Assembly: GCA_963844715.1 (NCBI GenBank)
Contig: CAWJPJ010000004.1
Location: forward strand, 192,001-256,000
Length of the DNA stretch: 64,000 nucleotides
Source: an uncultured Phycisphaerales bacterium
GTDB taxonomy: Bacteria > Planctomycetota > Phycisphaerae > Tepidisphaerales > Tepidisphaeraceae
Reading direction: 5' to 3'
The notes beneath the pieces were generated by a model that saw only the letters and a program-made list of their open reading frames with translations, was not told the origin of the DNA and searched no databases. Position numbers and translations under genes: made by a program. Numbering within the stretch: position 1 is the first letter of the stretch; every line of letters starts with the position of its first letter. Shown here one piece after another: positions 10,858 to 20,655 of this stretch.

Positions 10858-11597
10858 GCGTTGTCGGCGAACAACTCGATCTTCCTTCTCTGAACCAGAT
10901 GTTCGAGACGGCCGATCCGCGCAAAATCGTGGATTGGGCGGCCGCCCAGTTCGGCGACGATCTGGTCATGTCGTCCTCGTTTGGCGCGGAATCCGCCGTG
11001 CTTTTGCACCTGGCCACGCGCGTGCGGCCGAATATCCGGATCATTTACGTCGATACGGGTTATTTGTTCCCCGAGACCCATCGGTTCATGGAAGAGCTTC
11101 GCCTGCGCCTGGACCTGAACGTCTGGACGTATCGCACGCTGAACGATCCGATCGCCTACCTGCACAAGGCGGGGGAGGAAAATCCCGCCTGGCGAAAGGA
11201 CATTGATTCCTGCTGCGCCGCCAACAAGATCGAGCCGTTCGTTCGAGCGATGAAGGATCTCTCTCCCAAGGCGTGGTTGCGCGGCATCCGCCGTCAGCAG
11301 GCCGAGACGCGGAAGGAGAAGCCGTTTATTGAGTGGTCGGCGCGGTATCAATGCCACGCGATTTCGCCGATCCTGAATTGGGGGTCGCGCGAACTGCACG
11401 AATATTTGAAGTCGCACGATCTTCCCTATCATCCGCTGTGGGACAAGGGGTACGCCTCGATCGGGTGCAACCCGCTTTCCTGCACGCGCCCGATAGGGGA
11501 GGGCGAAGACGCCCGCGCCGGCCGCTGGGCGGGGCAGGATAGGATCGAATGCGGGATTAACGTCTCTAAGAATTCACTCGACTCGGCGAATATTTAA
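10854..11597 (+). CDS. cysH: PAPS/APS reductase
   Basis: SSFG, DTGYLFPET, CC, GYASIGC..CT and GRW...ECGI. Confidence 0.92.
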   Translation: MSVVGEQLDLPSLNQMFETADPRKIVDWAAAQFGDDLVMSSSFGAESAVLLHLATRVRPNIRIIYVDTGYLFPETHRFMEELRLRLDLNVWTYRTLNDPIAYLHKAGEENPAWRKDIDSCCAANKIEPFVRAMKDLSPKAWLRGIRRQQAETRKEKPFIEWSARYQCHAISPILNWGSRELHEYLKSHDLPYHPLWDKGYASIGCNPLSCTRPIGEGEDARAGRWAGQDRIECGINVSKNSLDSANI

Positions 11598-11700
11598 ATG
11601 CAACCGCGGAGGCGCGGAGAGGCGGAGACGGGCGCGGAGAAATTCAATTCAATATAAAATGAATTGGTCTTCTCCGTGTCTTTCCCGCCGCGGCCGGTTT
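11596..11700. repeat. interspersed repeat family 2 (AAATGCAACCGCGGAG-(GCGGAG)n), degenerate copy
   Basis: Shares its 5' ~50 bp with the element at 17164; lies between convergent cysH and bioD. Confidence 0.7.
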
Positions 11701-11705
11701 TCAAC

Positions 11706-12451
11706 TCAGCGTCTGGGCGTCTGTGTGGTTGTATTTGCTTTGCTCCACCAGTCTACGGCGTCGATCGCCGTTAGGAAATCCATGGGTAGATCGGGCGTTG
11801 GGTTTCCTGCGAATTTTGGGGCGAGGCAGAGGATGGGAAGTTTTCCCCATTTTTCGATGGCGCGGGGGTTGGTCTCTTCGGGTATTCCGGGGGTTTCGGG
11901 CGGATATTGATTGATCACGACCCCGGCGATGGGCGCCCCGGCTTGGCGAAGCGCTTCGCGGTCAGGAGCGTGTGATTGATCGTGCCCAGGCCGGGGCGCA
12001 CGACGATGACGGTGGGTAATCCGAGCCATTTGATCATATCGAGGACGGTATGGGACGAGTCCATGGGGACGAGCACGCCGCCGACGCCTTCGACGATGAG
12101 GATGTCGCTTTCGCGGGTCATGTTCTTGATCGCGCTGTCGATGGATTCCCACTCCAGGCTGGTTCCCGCGCGCTCGGCTGCGATGGCGGGGGCGAGGGGT
12201 TCGGCGAATCGCTGCGGGCAGATCACATTCAGGGGAAATTTTGCGTTGGCGTGGTGGGCTAGAAATTCCGCGTCCTGGCTGACGAGGCCTTCGCGGCGAT
12301 GCTCGCATCCCGTGGCCACGGGTTTGCAGACGGCGACGCGGTGGAGACGGCGCGCCAGGGAAGCCGCGATTGCGCCGGCGACGACGGTTTTGCCGACGCT
12401 GGTGTCGGTGCCGGTGATGAACAAACCCGGAATAGTTGCACGTGAAAGCAT
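11706..12451 (-). CDS. bioD: dethiobiotin synthase (frameshift near 11955)
   Basis: FITGTDTSVGKT, KPVATG, IVEGVGG and LGTINHT; C-terminus (GVVINQ) in a second frame. Confidence 0.92.
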
Positions 12452-12474
12452 TGTGTTGGTCGCTGCATTCTCTT

Positions 12475-12506
12475 CCCCTCTCCCCATGTACTCATGGGGA
12501 GAGGGG
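12475..12506. repeat. REP-like palindrome, family 1
   Basis: CCCCTCTCCCCATG-TACT-CATGGGGAGAGGGG between bioA and bioD. Confidence 0.8.
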
Positions 12507-12510
12507 ATGG

Positions 12511-13843
12511 TCAGTCGGGAATCGACGCGATTTCTTCTCCGACAGCGCGCACGATTGTGCGCAAATCTTCCACTTCCATCGCCAGGGGCGGCATGATCAC
12601 TATCACATCGCCCAGCGGCCTGAGGATGACGCCATGCTGGCGAACGCGCTGGCAGACCGCCGCGCCTGTCCGCCGCTTGGGATCGAAGGATTGGCGCGTC
12701 TGTTTGTCCGCGACCAATTCTATGCCGACCATGAAACCCTTTTGCCGGATATCTCCGACGTGCTTTAGTGGGCGAAGTGAATCCAGCATTTGCGAAAGGG
12801 ATTCTGATTTGGCCTGTACCTTCTCGATCAGCTTGTTTTTATCGAAGAGTTCCAAGGACGCAATCGCCGCGGCACAGGCGAGAGGGTTTCCCGTGTAGGT
12901 ATGCCCATGGAAAAAGGTCTTATTTTCGTGAGGCTCGCCTAGGAAGGCTTCAAAAATCTGATCCGTCGCAAAAGTCGCCGCCAGCGGGAGATACCCGCCG
13001 GTAATTCCCTTCCCGACGCACATTAAATCGGGCGAGACATTTTCGTGGTGACAAGCGAACATCAATCCCGTTCGCCCGAACCCTACGGCTACCTCGTCGG
13101 CCACCAACAAAACATCATGTTGGGTGCACATTCGGCGCACCGCCGATAGAAATCCCGGCGGCTGAATGATCATCCCGCCGGCCCCCTGCACGATGGGCTC
13201 GATGCATACCGCCGCGATCTGCTTTGCGTTTTCCCGCAGTATCTTTTCCAAACCTTCCAGCGCCGGTCGGCGCTTCCCCCTTCAAATACATCCGGCGAAG
13301 GCGCGAAGTGGGCTTTGAACAGCATGGGAAAATACGGGCGGTGAAATGTGTCGATCCGCCCGATCGACATCGCGCCTACGGTATCGCCGTGGTAGGCATC
13401 CCTGAGCCCGACAAACTGATTTTTCTCTCCGTGCCCCAAGTTGTGCCAATATTGCGCCGCCATTTTGAAGGCGATTTCTGTCGCCGTCGCGCCGCTGTCG
13501 CTATAAAAATCTTTGTCAAACCCCGGGGGAGCAGGGGCATCAATTTCTCCGCCAGTAAAATCGCCGGCTCGCTGGCCAGGCCGAGCATTGTGGTATGCGC
13601 CACGTGATCCAGTTGGCGGCGGATCGCCTCATCGATTTCCGGGACCCGATGCCCGTGGACATTGCACCAGAGGCTTGAGACGCCGTCGAGGTATGATTTC
13701 CCGTCGCTGTCGATGAGATACATCCCCTGGGCGGCCGTGATGACCAGTTGGTCGTCGGCCAGCCAGGTCCGCATGGGGGTGAAAGGATGCCACAGATACT
13801 GGGCATCCAGCCGGCGTAGGGCGGTGGTGCGATTCGGATTCAC
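12511..13843 (-). CDS. bioA: adenosylmethionine-8-amino-7-oxononanoate transaminase (two frameshifts)
   Basis: LWHPFT, SSLWCNVHG, AYHGDT, DEVAVGFGRTG, GKGITGGYLP and HGHTYTGN across three frames; GTG start at 13843. Confidence 0.93.
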
Positions 13844-13924
13844 GCGAGTAAGCCTAGAATTACCGGGATGAACGTGCAATCTCCCGCCATTTTAGACAGG
13901 CGGGACTTGGAGTAAAATAAAGGC

Positions 13925-15698
13925 ATGCCGGCGTATATCGAAGTCAAAGATTCCAAGGGCCAGAGGCAGGTGTCTCTGGATGAGGGGCCGGTCACGATCG
14001 GGCGGAACTTCACCAATCTGCTGGTCCTCGACGAAACCCAGGCCAGCCGGTTCCACTGCGTCATCGAAAAGAGCCCGGAGGGGTATTCGATCCGCGATCT
14101 CGATTCGCGCAACGGCTTTCGCGTCAACGGCAGCCCCGTCCGCGCGGCGATCCTGTACGACGGCGACGTCGTCTCGATCGGCAAGACGGACATGCGCCTG
14201 TATCTCCCCAACTCCAAGAAAAACCCATCCGGGGGCATGGGCGGCGGGGGCGCGGATGATCCATTCCAGGAACTGGCGGACCTGGTCAGCGGCGCGACCA
14301 CCCCGAGCCTCCCGGGCGAACCGACCCGGGCGGACGAGTCCGATGCCCTGAACGAGGACCTTCCCGAACCGCCCCCGAGCCAGCCTGTCGCCTCCGCAAA
14401 TGAATACGAGCGCCTCTTGCGCGAGCGCGTGGAAGCGCTCGCCGATCGCTCGTTTGGCGAAAAGGACATCACTCTTATCAATGCCCGTGGGAAATCGGCT
14501 TTGGCGAGCGAAAAGGATACGGGCGAGGCGGTGGTGATCTTCCGGCTGATGCTGCTGCTCTGCTTCCGCAGCCGGGCGACGGACATGCATGTCGAGCCGC
14601 GCCGGAGGACGTGCAGATTCGCATTCGCGTGGACGGGGCGATGGTGGACGTCATGCGAATGAGCCGGGAACTGGGGATCAAACTCATCTCGGCGATCAAG
14701 GTGCTGTCGGACGTGGATATCGCCCAGCGGAATATCGTTCAGGAGGGGCATTTCAGCGCCAGGTTCCCGGCGGCGCCGGCAAGACCGGGGCCGGCGAGCG
14801 GCGCGTCGATTACCGCGTCAGTTTTGCCCCGGCCATGCATGGGCAAAAGCTGGTGATTCGCGTTCTGGATGCCGCCAACGCGCCCCTGCACATCGAGGAT
14901 TTGCAGCTACCCGCCAAAGCGATGCAAATCATCCGCAAGGCGAGCGAGCAGGAATCCGGCATGATTCTCGTCGGCGGCCCCACGGGATCGGGCAAGACGA
15001 CCTCGCTCTACGCCATCCTGCGCGATATTGACGTGAATCAGTGCAACGTGGTGACTATCGAAGACCCGGTCGAAATCCAACTCGAAGGGGTCACGCAAAT
15101 CCCCGTCAACGAGCAGCAGGGGAATACATTTTCCTCGCTCTTGCGGAGCATTCTGCGTCAGGACCCGGATGTGATTCTGATCGGCGAAATTCGCGACGCC
15201 GAAACCGCCCGCGTTGGCGTGCAGGCGGGCATGACGGGGCACCTCGTCTTCAGCACCGTCCACGCGCGCGACGCGTTTGGGGCGATGTTCCGCCTGCTCG
15301 ATCTGGGCGTCGAGCCGTATGTGCTGGCCTCCGGCCTGCATCTGGTGGTGGCGCAGCGGCTGGTTCGGCAGCTGTGCCGGTATTGCAAAGTTCCTCAGCA
15401 GCCGACGCCGGCGCAATTGGACAAACTCCGGTCCGTCGGGATCACGGGCGTGCAAAAGCTTTATGTTGCCAAGGGGTGCCGGCGATGTCTCAATACGGGG
15501 CACATCGGCCGGCGGGCGGTGTTTGAAGTGGTGGTGGCTTCCCCCGAGCTGCGCGAAGTGCTTTTGCGGAATCCGAATCTGGAAGATTGCCGCAAGGCGG
15601 TCGATGCCGAGTCGTACATCACGCTGGCACACAGTGGTTATCGCCTGGTCGCCGAGGGGATTGCGGCGTTTGAAGAGCTGGAAAAATCGATTGCGTGA
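13925..15698 (+). CDS. FHA domain fused to GspE/PilB-family secretion/pilus ATPase (two frameshifts)
   Basis: FHA (TIGR, SRFH, DLDSRNG), then ATDMHVEP, IRIRVDG, GPTGSGKTT, TIEDPVE, LRQDPD, TGHLVFSTVH and two CxxC. Confidence 0.85.
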
Positions 15699-15699
15699 A

Positions 15700-15765
15700 T
15701 AGTTGCTAGTTGTTAGTTGCTGGTTGTTAGTTGCTGGTTGTTAGTTGCTGGTTGTTAGTTGCTAG
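15700..15765 (+). repeat. heptamer tandem repeat T(A/G)GTTG(C/T) x9
   Basis: TAGTTGC/TGGTTGT units; the register continues (TAGTTGC CAGTGGT) after the IS5. Confidence 0.9.
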
Positions 15766-16654
15766 GGCCTGTCTGATGAATCGCTTTTGGTTATAAATAG
15801 CGGTTTTCAGACGAGGTGTCACGGATGCGACGTTATGAGCTCACGGATGAGCAGTACGAGTTGATCGGCGATCTGCTGCCCGGCAACGGCAAGCGCGGCG
15901 GGCAGTGGAACGACCACCGCACCACGCTCAACGGCATGTTCTGGATTCTGCACTCGGGCGCTCAATGGCGCGAGATGCCCGAACGTTACGGCAGATGGCA
16001 AAGCGTCTACGACCGCTTCAACCGCTGGAGAAAGGACGGAACGATTGATCGAATCCTCCAGCGGCTGCAGATGAGGTTGGACAAGCAAGGACGAATCGAC
16101 TGGGACCTGTGGTGCATCGACGGCACCAATGTGCGAGCCAGTCGATCCGCCGCCGGAGCCAGAAAATCAAAACCGCCCCGGAAGAACCGGCGGATCACGC
16201 GTTGGGCCGCAGCCGAGGCGGGTGGGGCAGCAAGCTCCACCTGGTTACTGACGGCCAGGGAGTTCCGCTCGCCGTCGAGGCCAGCGCCGGCCAATGCCAC
16301 GAGAGCCGGTACGTGGAGCCGGTGATGAACGCGATGCGCATCGGTCGCCGCCGTCGTCGCCCCAGGAGGCTGGCGGGCGACAAGGGATACAGTTACGGAA
16401 ATGTGCGGCGATGGCTGCGTCGCCACCGAATCCAAGCGGTGATCCCGGCGAAATCGAATCAGCCGCCGCAGGAGAACTTTGATCGCAAGGCGTATCGCCG
16501 ACGGAACGTGGTGGAGCGTTGCGTGAATTGGATGAAGGAGAATCGCCGCCTGGGCACGCGTTACGAGAAACTGGCGGTGAACTTTCAGGCCATGGCCAAG
16601 CTCGCCATGATCCGTCGCTATTTCAGGATTTTGGATTCATCAGACAGGCCCTAG
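15762..16654 (+). mobile_element. IS5-family insertion sequence
   Basis: Perfect 17-bp TIR GGCCTGTCTGATGAATC (15766-15782 / 16634-16650), flanked on both sides by CTAG. Confidence 0.95.
15816..16654 (+). CDS. IS5 transposase (two frames, shift near 16165)
   Basis: RYELTDEQ, WREMPERYG.W.SVY.RF, IDGT, GRSRGG..SKLH, LAGDKGY, RNVVER and TRYEK; stop codon lies in the flanking CTAG. Confidence 0.92.
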
Positions 16655-16664
16655 TTGCCAGTGG

Positions 16665-17135
16665 TCACTCGGGCTGACCTTTTGACATATCATAAATCCA
16701 GCCGAGCGTTGCGGGTTTCCATTCGAGCAGTTCGTCCGGTTTGAAGAACAGGCCTAATTCGCGGTGGGCGCTTTCGGCTGAGTCTGATCCGTGGATCAGA
16801 TTGAAGGAATTGCTGACGCCAAAATCGCCGCGGATGGTTCCGGGCTCGGCTTTGGAGCCGAAGGTCGCCCCCATCATCTTGCGGGAAATGGCGATCGCGT
16901 CCTTCCCCTCCAGGGCGATCACGATCACCGGCGAACTGGTCATGAATTTCACTAGCCCGTCATAAAACGGCTTCCCCTTGTGCGGCGAATAATGCGTCTC
17001 GGCCAGCGACTGAGGAATCCGCATCAACTTCATGCCGACGATCAGCAGCCCCTTTTTTTCCAATCGATCGATTATCTGTCCGCAAAGCCCGCGTTGAACG
17101 GCGTCGGGCTTGAGAATGATCAAAGTGCGTTCCAT
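16665..17135 (-). CDS. ndk: nucleoside diphosphate kinase
   Basis: ERTLIILKPDAVQR, PGTIRGDF and NLIHGSDS. Confidence 0.97.
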   Translation of the reverse strand: MERTLIILKPDAVQRGLCGQIIDRLEKKGLLIVGMKLMRIPQSLAETHYSPHKGKPFYDGLVKFMTSSPVIVIALEGKDAIAISRKMMGATFGSKAEPGTIRGDFGVSNSFNLIHGSDSAESAHRELGLFFKPDELLEWKPATLGWIYDMSKGQPE

Positions 17136-17163
17136 GGGGCACTTTTATAGCGCTTATGAAATC

Positions 17164-17289
17164 AAATGCAACCGCGGAGATGCGGAGGCGCGGAGACAGA
17201 CGCGGAGAAATCAAATTCTTTTTTTAGAGAATTGAATCTTCTTCTATATGTTTGAATTTTGTCTGCTCCGCGTCTCCGCGGTTGCATTT
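17164..17289. repeat. interspersed repeat family 2, complete copy with terminal inverted repeats
   Basis: AAATGCAACCGCGGAGA...TCTCCGCGGTTGCATTT enclosing an AT-rich core. Confidence 0.8.
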
Positions 17290-17298
17290 TCTTTTGCT

Positions 17299-17870
17299 CT
17301 AACTCGGCCCGCGTTCTTCGAGGTTATAAAGCATTGGCCCCATGCGGCGGTCCGCCCATTTCATCGATTTGTGGAGCATGAATCCGAAGACGGCTAGCAC
17401 GATGATCAGGGCGATGAGCGTTATGTTGTGTTGGATGCGCCACTGGCGGATCGTGGAGCCGTATGCGATCAGAGCCAGGACGCTGCCGACGGTGATGACG
17501 GCGTCGTAACTGGCGCACTGCCAATAGGGGCCGCCGAGGTGGAGCCACATGCCGAATTCGTCGAACGTCAAACCTAGTCCGATCCCGTAAATGACGGCGG
17601 TTATGGCGAGCTTGGTTCCCAGCGGCCTACGAAAATCAAATATGCGCCGCAGGCGCTGAGCAGAAAAATGCCATAATTGAGATGGTGGACGTGCGTTCCC
17701 TCGACGTGAAAGAACAACTGCGGCGGCAATTTTCCCGCCATGATGAAGATCACCAGAATTCGCGCGATGACGAAGGTGAAGACGAACGCCGCCAGGGTTA
17801 GGTGCGCCAGTTGATGCGTGAGCCGCTTCGGGTCGGCGGATTCGGCCTCGTTGGTCGGTTCCGGTTCCAT
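17299..17870 (-). CDS. conserved integral membrane hypothetical protein (frameshift near 17620)
   Basis: HVHHLNYGI in ORF 17601..17870; YGIGLGLTFDEFGMW..YW in ORF ending at 17299. Confidence 0.7.
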
Positions 17871-17990
17871 GCCGGGTGTTATACCCTACGAGACCTTTCC
17901 GCGCGTTTTTGGACAATTCTTACGTTGACTATTTTTCGTCGGTCCCGGTAGCTTGAATTTTAGTTGTGGAGGAATTGGATGCATTAGAAG

Positions 17991-19163
17991 GTGAGTCGAA
18001 AGCAGTCAGCCGAAGTTACCGCCGAAGCGCCGGTTATACGCCGTTCCAGATGGCGAATAGCGGGAATCGCTTTTCTGATCCTGGTTGCGATAGGCGTAGG
18101 GGTTCGCCCGTTTATGCCCCAGGTGGTGCGGTGGTATGTCAATAAAACGCTCAGCCACAATCTGCTCTACGAGGGGCGCGTTGGGGACGTCACATTGAAC
18201 CTGTGGCGGGGGGCCTACTCGATCAGCGATATTCGGATTTTCAAAAAAACCGGGGATGTCCCCGATCCGCTTTTCTCGTGCGATCGGCTGGAACTGGCCG
18301 TCCAGTGGAATGCGATTATTCACGGGAAAATCGTGGCGCAAGTCGTCATCGAGCAGCCGGAGATCAACTTTGTCGCACCGTCCGATCAGTCGGACGCTCA
18401 AACGGGTTACGGCGCCCCGTGGCTTCAAACTCTTCAGCAACTTTTTCCGTTTCAGATCAATAGCGCCATCGTTCACGGCGGCTCGATCCATTTCAAAAGC
18501 TACCTGCGGGAAAAGCCGGTGGATGTTTACATCAATCGGCTTGAGGCTTCGATCGACGATTTGACCAATGTTCGAAGCGAGACGACGCCGCTTTTGGCGA
18601 CCGTGAACGCGACCGGGCTGGCGATGGACCAGGCGCCGTTTGAATTTCACATGAAGCTCAATCCGTTTTCCTATCGTCCCAGCTTTGACATGGCGGTCCG
18701 GGTGATCGGGCTGGACGTGACGACCCTTAACGATCTGGCCCTGACCTACGGGCAGTTCGCGTTTAAGGGCGGCTTTTTCGATCTGGTGGTCGCGGTCCGC
18801 GCCCGGGAAGGGGAGATGGACGGCTATGCCAAGCCGCTGTTCCGGCAGTTGCAGGTGTTCGACATCGTCCGCGATTTGCAGACCGACGCCAACCCGCTGC
18901 AATTCTTCTGGCAGGCGCTGCTGGGGATTACGACCGGCATTTTGAAAAACCCGCCGCGCAATCAATTTGGAACGTATATCCCCTTCACCGGCGATCTGAG
19001 CGAGCCCGATACGGATTACCTTGCGGCGGTTGGGAACGTGCTGCGAAACGCGTTCATCCGCGCGTATTTGCCGCGGCTGGAAAGCGATTCGGATGAATTC
19101 GACGGCATGGAATTCCAGGCCGGGTCGATCACCGGCCCGACCTCAATCGGCGACGACCAATGA
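17991..19163 (+). CDS. DUF748 (AsmA-like) domain protein
   Basis: N-terminal TM, YEGRVGDVTLNLWRGAY and VLRNAFIRAY. Confidence 0.8.
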   Translation: MSRKQSAEVTAEAPVIRRSRWRIAGIAFLILVAIGVGVRPFMPQVVRWYVNKTLSHNLLYEGRVGDVTLNLWRGAYSISDIRIFKKTGDVPDPLFSCDRLELAVQWNAIIHGKIVAQVVIEQPEINFVAPSDQSDAQTGYGAPWLQTLQQLFPFQINSAIVHGGSIHFKSYLREKPVDVYINRLEASIDDLTNVRSETTPLLATVNATGLAMDQAPFEFHMKLNPFSYRPSFDMAVRVIGLDVTTLNDLALTYGQFAFKGGFFDLVVAVRAREGEMDGYAKPLFRQLQVFDIVRDLQTDANPLQFFWQALLGITTGILKNPPRNQFGTYIPFTGDLSEPDTDYLAAVGNVLRNAFIRAYLPRLESDSDEFDGMEFQAGSITGPTSIGDDQ

Positions 19164-19786
19164 ATTCAAAAATCTGCTCGGCGGCAATTCTTCTCCTGGC
19201 CTTTCTCATCTGCGGCTGCGCCGGCCAAGCCCAGCAGGCGAATAAGGATTACTTCACCTCGGGCAGCAGCGAGGCTGACCAGCGCGCCGAGCAGCGCATG
19301 GCTCAGGCGCAGCAACTTCAGGGCGGATCGGGTGGATTGAGCGGCGGGACTGCCATCGCCGATGACAAGCGGTCTCTTTATGACCGCCTCGGCGGGCAAG
19401 CGGGAATCCAGGCGATTACCGAAGATTGGATCACACGCGCCATGGCGGACCCGCGGGTCAATTGGGATCGCAAAGGGGTCACCCAGGGCGGGCTGAGCAT
19501 TCACTTTGATCGCTCGATGCAATGGAATCCCACGGCGGACGCCGTAAAAACCATGAAATTGCACATCGCGCAGTTTCTAGCCCTGGCCAGCGGGGGGCCG
19601 TCCATTTATCAGGGGCGGGAAATGAAAAGTGCTCATGCGGACCTGCACATTTCCAACGCCGAATTCGACGCCGCTGTTGGAGATCTCAAGGCGACTTTGG
19701 ACAAAATGCAGATCGCCAATAAGGAGCAGAAGGAATTGCTCGCGATCATGGAGACGACAAGGGCGCAGATTGTGGAGGAGCAGTAA
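19160..19786 (+). CDS. group I truncated hemoglobin with lipoprotein-type signal peptide
   Basis: SLYDRLGG, GGPSIYQGREMKSAH and ISNAEFDA; N-terminal AILLLAFLICGC. Confidence 0.85.
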   Translation: MNSKICSAAILLLAFLICGCAGQAQQANKDYFTSGSSEADQRAEQRMAQAQQLQGGSGGLSGGTAIADDKRSLYDRLGGQAGIQAITEDWITRAMADPRVNWDRKGVTQGGLSIHFDRSMQWNPTADAVKTMKLHIAQFLALASGGPSIYQGREMKSAHADLHISNAEFDAAVGDLKATLDKMQIANKEQKELLAIMETTRAQIVEEQ

Positions 19787-19857
19787 ACGCGCGAAGAACG
19801 GCGGCGTTCGCTCGCCGCTTGGCATGATGTCGTCAACCCGTTTATAACCGCCGTTTC

Positions 19858-20637
19858 ATGGCTCGCATTGAACTCCTTTTTTTGGGAACGGGAACATCCG
19901 CCGGGATTCCCATGATCGGGTGCCATTGCCCGGTCTGCACTTCCACCGATCCACATGATCAGCGGTTTCGGCCTTCGGTGGTGATTTCTTACGATCAGAC
20001 GCGGGTGCTGGTGGATACGACGCCGGAGCTGCGCTTGCAGTGCATCCGGTTTGGGGTCGAGAAGATCGACGCGGTGGTTTATACGCACGCCCATGCGGAT
20101 CACATCATGGGACTGGACGATGTGCGGCGGTTTAACGCTCTGCGCGGCGGGCCGCTGGATACTTGGGCGGATGATGCGACCCGGGCGGCGCTGGATCGTT
20201 GCTTTGGATACGCGTTCAATCCGCCCACGCCGGAGATGAGGGTTTTTCGCCCGCATCTGATCCGGCGGCGAATCGACGGGCCGTTCGAAATTGGCGGCAT
20301 GACCTGGACCCCCGTCCCGCTTATCCATGGGGATATGCCGATTTTGGGCTTTCGGGTGGGCTCCCTGGCTTATTGCACGGATGTCAGCCTCATTCCCGAG
20401 CCTTCGTTTGAAATTTTGCGGGGTTTGGACGTCTTGGTATTGGATGCGTTGCAGCATCGGAAGCACGCTACGCACTTTACTTTGGAGGAAGCCGTGGCGG
20501 CGGCGACGCGGATTGGGGCCAAGAGGACCTTCTTCACGCACATCGCCCACGGGCTGTCGCACGAGGCGACCAACGCGATGCTTCCGGAGAATATGCGATT
20601 GGCGTATGACGGGCTGGTTGTCAGTGTGAATGAGTAA
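19858..20637 (+). CDS. MBL-fold hydrolase, PhnP-like
   Basis: LGTGTSAGIP, CHCPVC and THAHADH. Confidence 0.92.
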   Translation: MARIELLFLGTGTSAGIPMIGCHCPVCTSTDPHDQRFRPSVVISYDQTRVLVDTTPELRLQCIRFGVEKIDAVVYTHAHADHIMGLDDVRRFNALRGGPLDTWADDATRAALDRCFGYAFNPPTPEMRVFRPHLIRRRIDGPFEIGGMTWTPVPLIHGDMPILGFRVGSLAYCTDVSLIPEPSFEILRGLDVLVLDALQHRKHATHFTLEEAVAAATRIGAKRTFFTHIAHGLSHEATNAMLPENMRLAYDGLVVSVNE

Positions 20638-20655
20638 TCCGAACGAGCGGTCGCC

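Noticed and set aside
11915..12487. bioD start at 12487 as given by the ORF track
   Set aside because: That ATG lies inside a REP-like hairpin; the ATG at 12451 fits the BioD N-terminus better
15700..15765. Tandem repeat as a CRISPR array
   Set aside because: 7-bp units with no spacers and no cas genes
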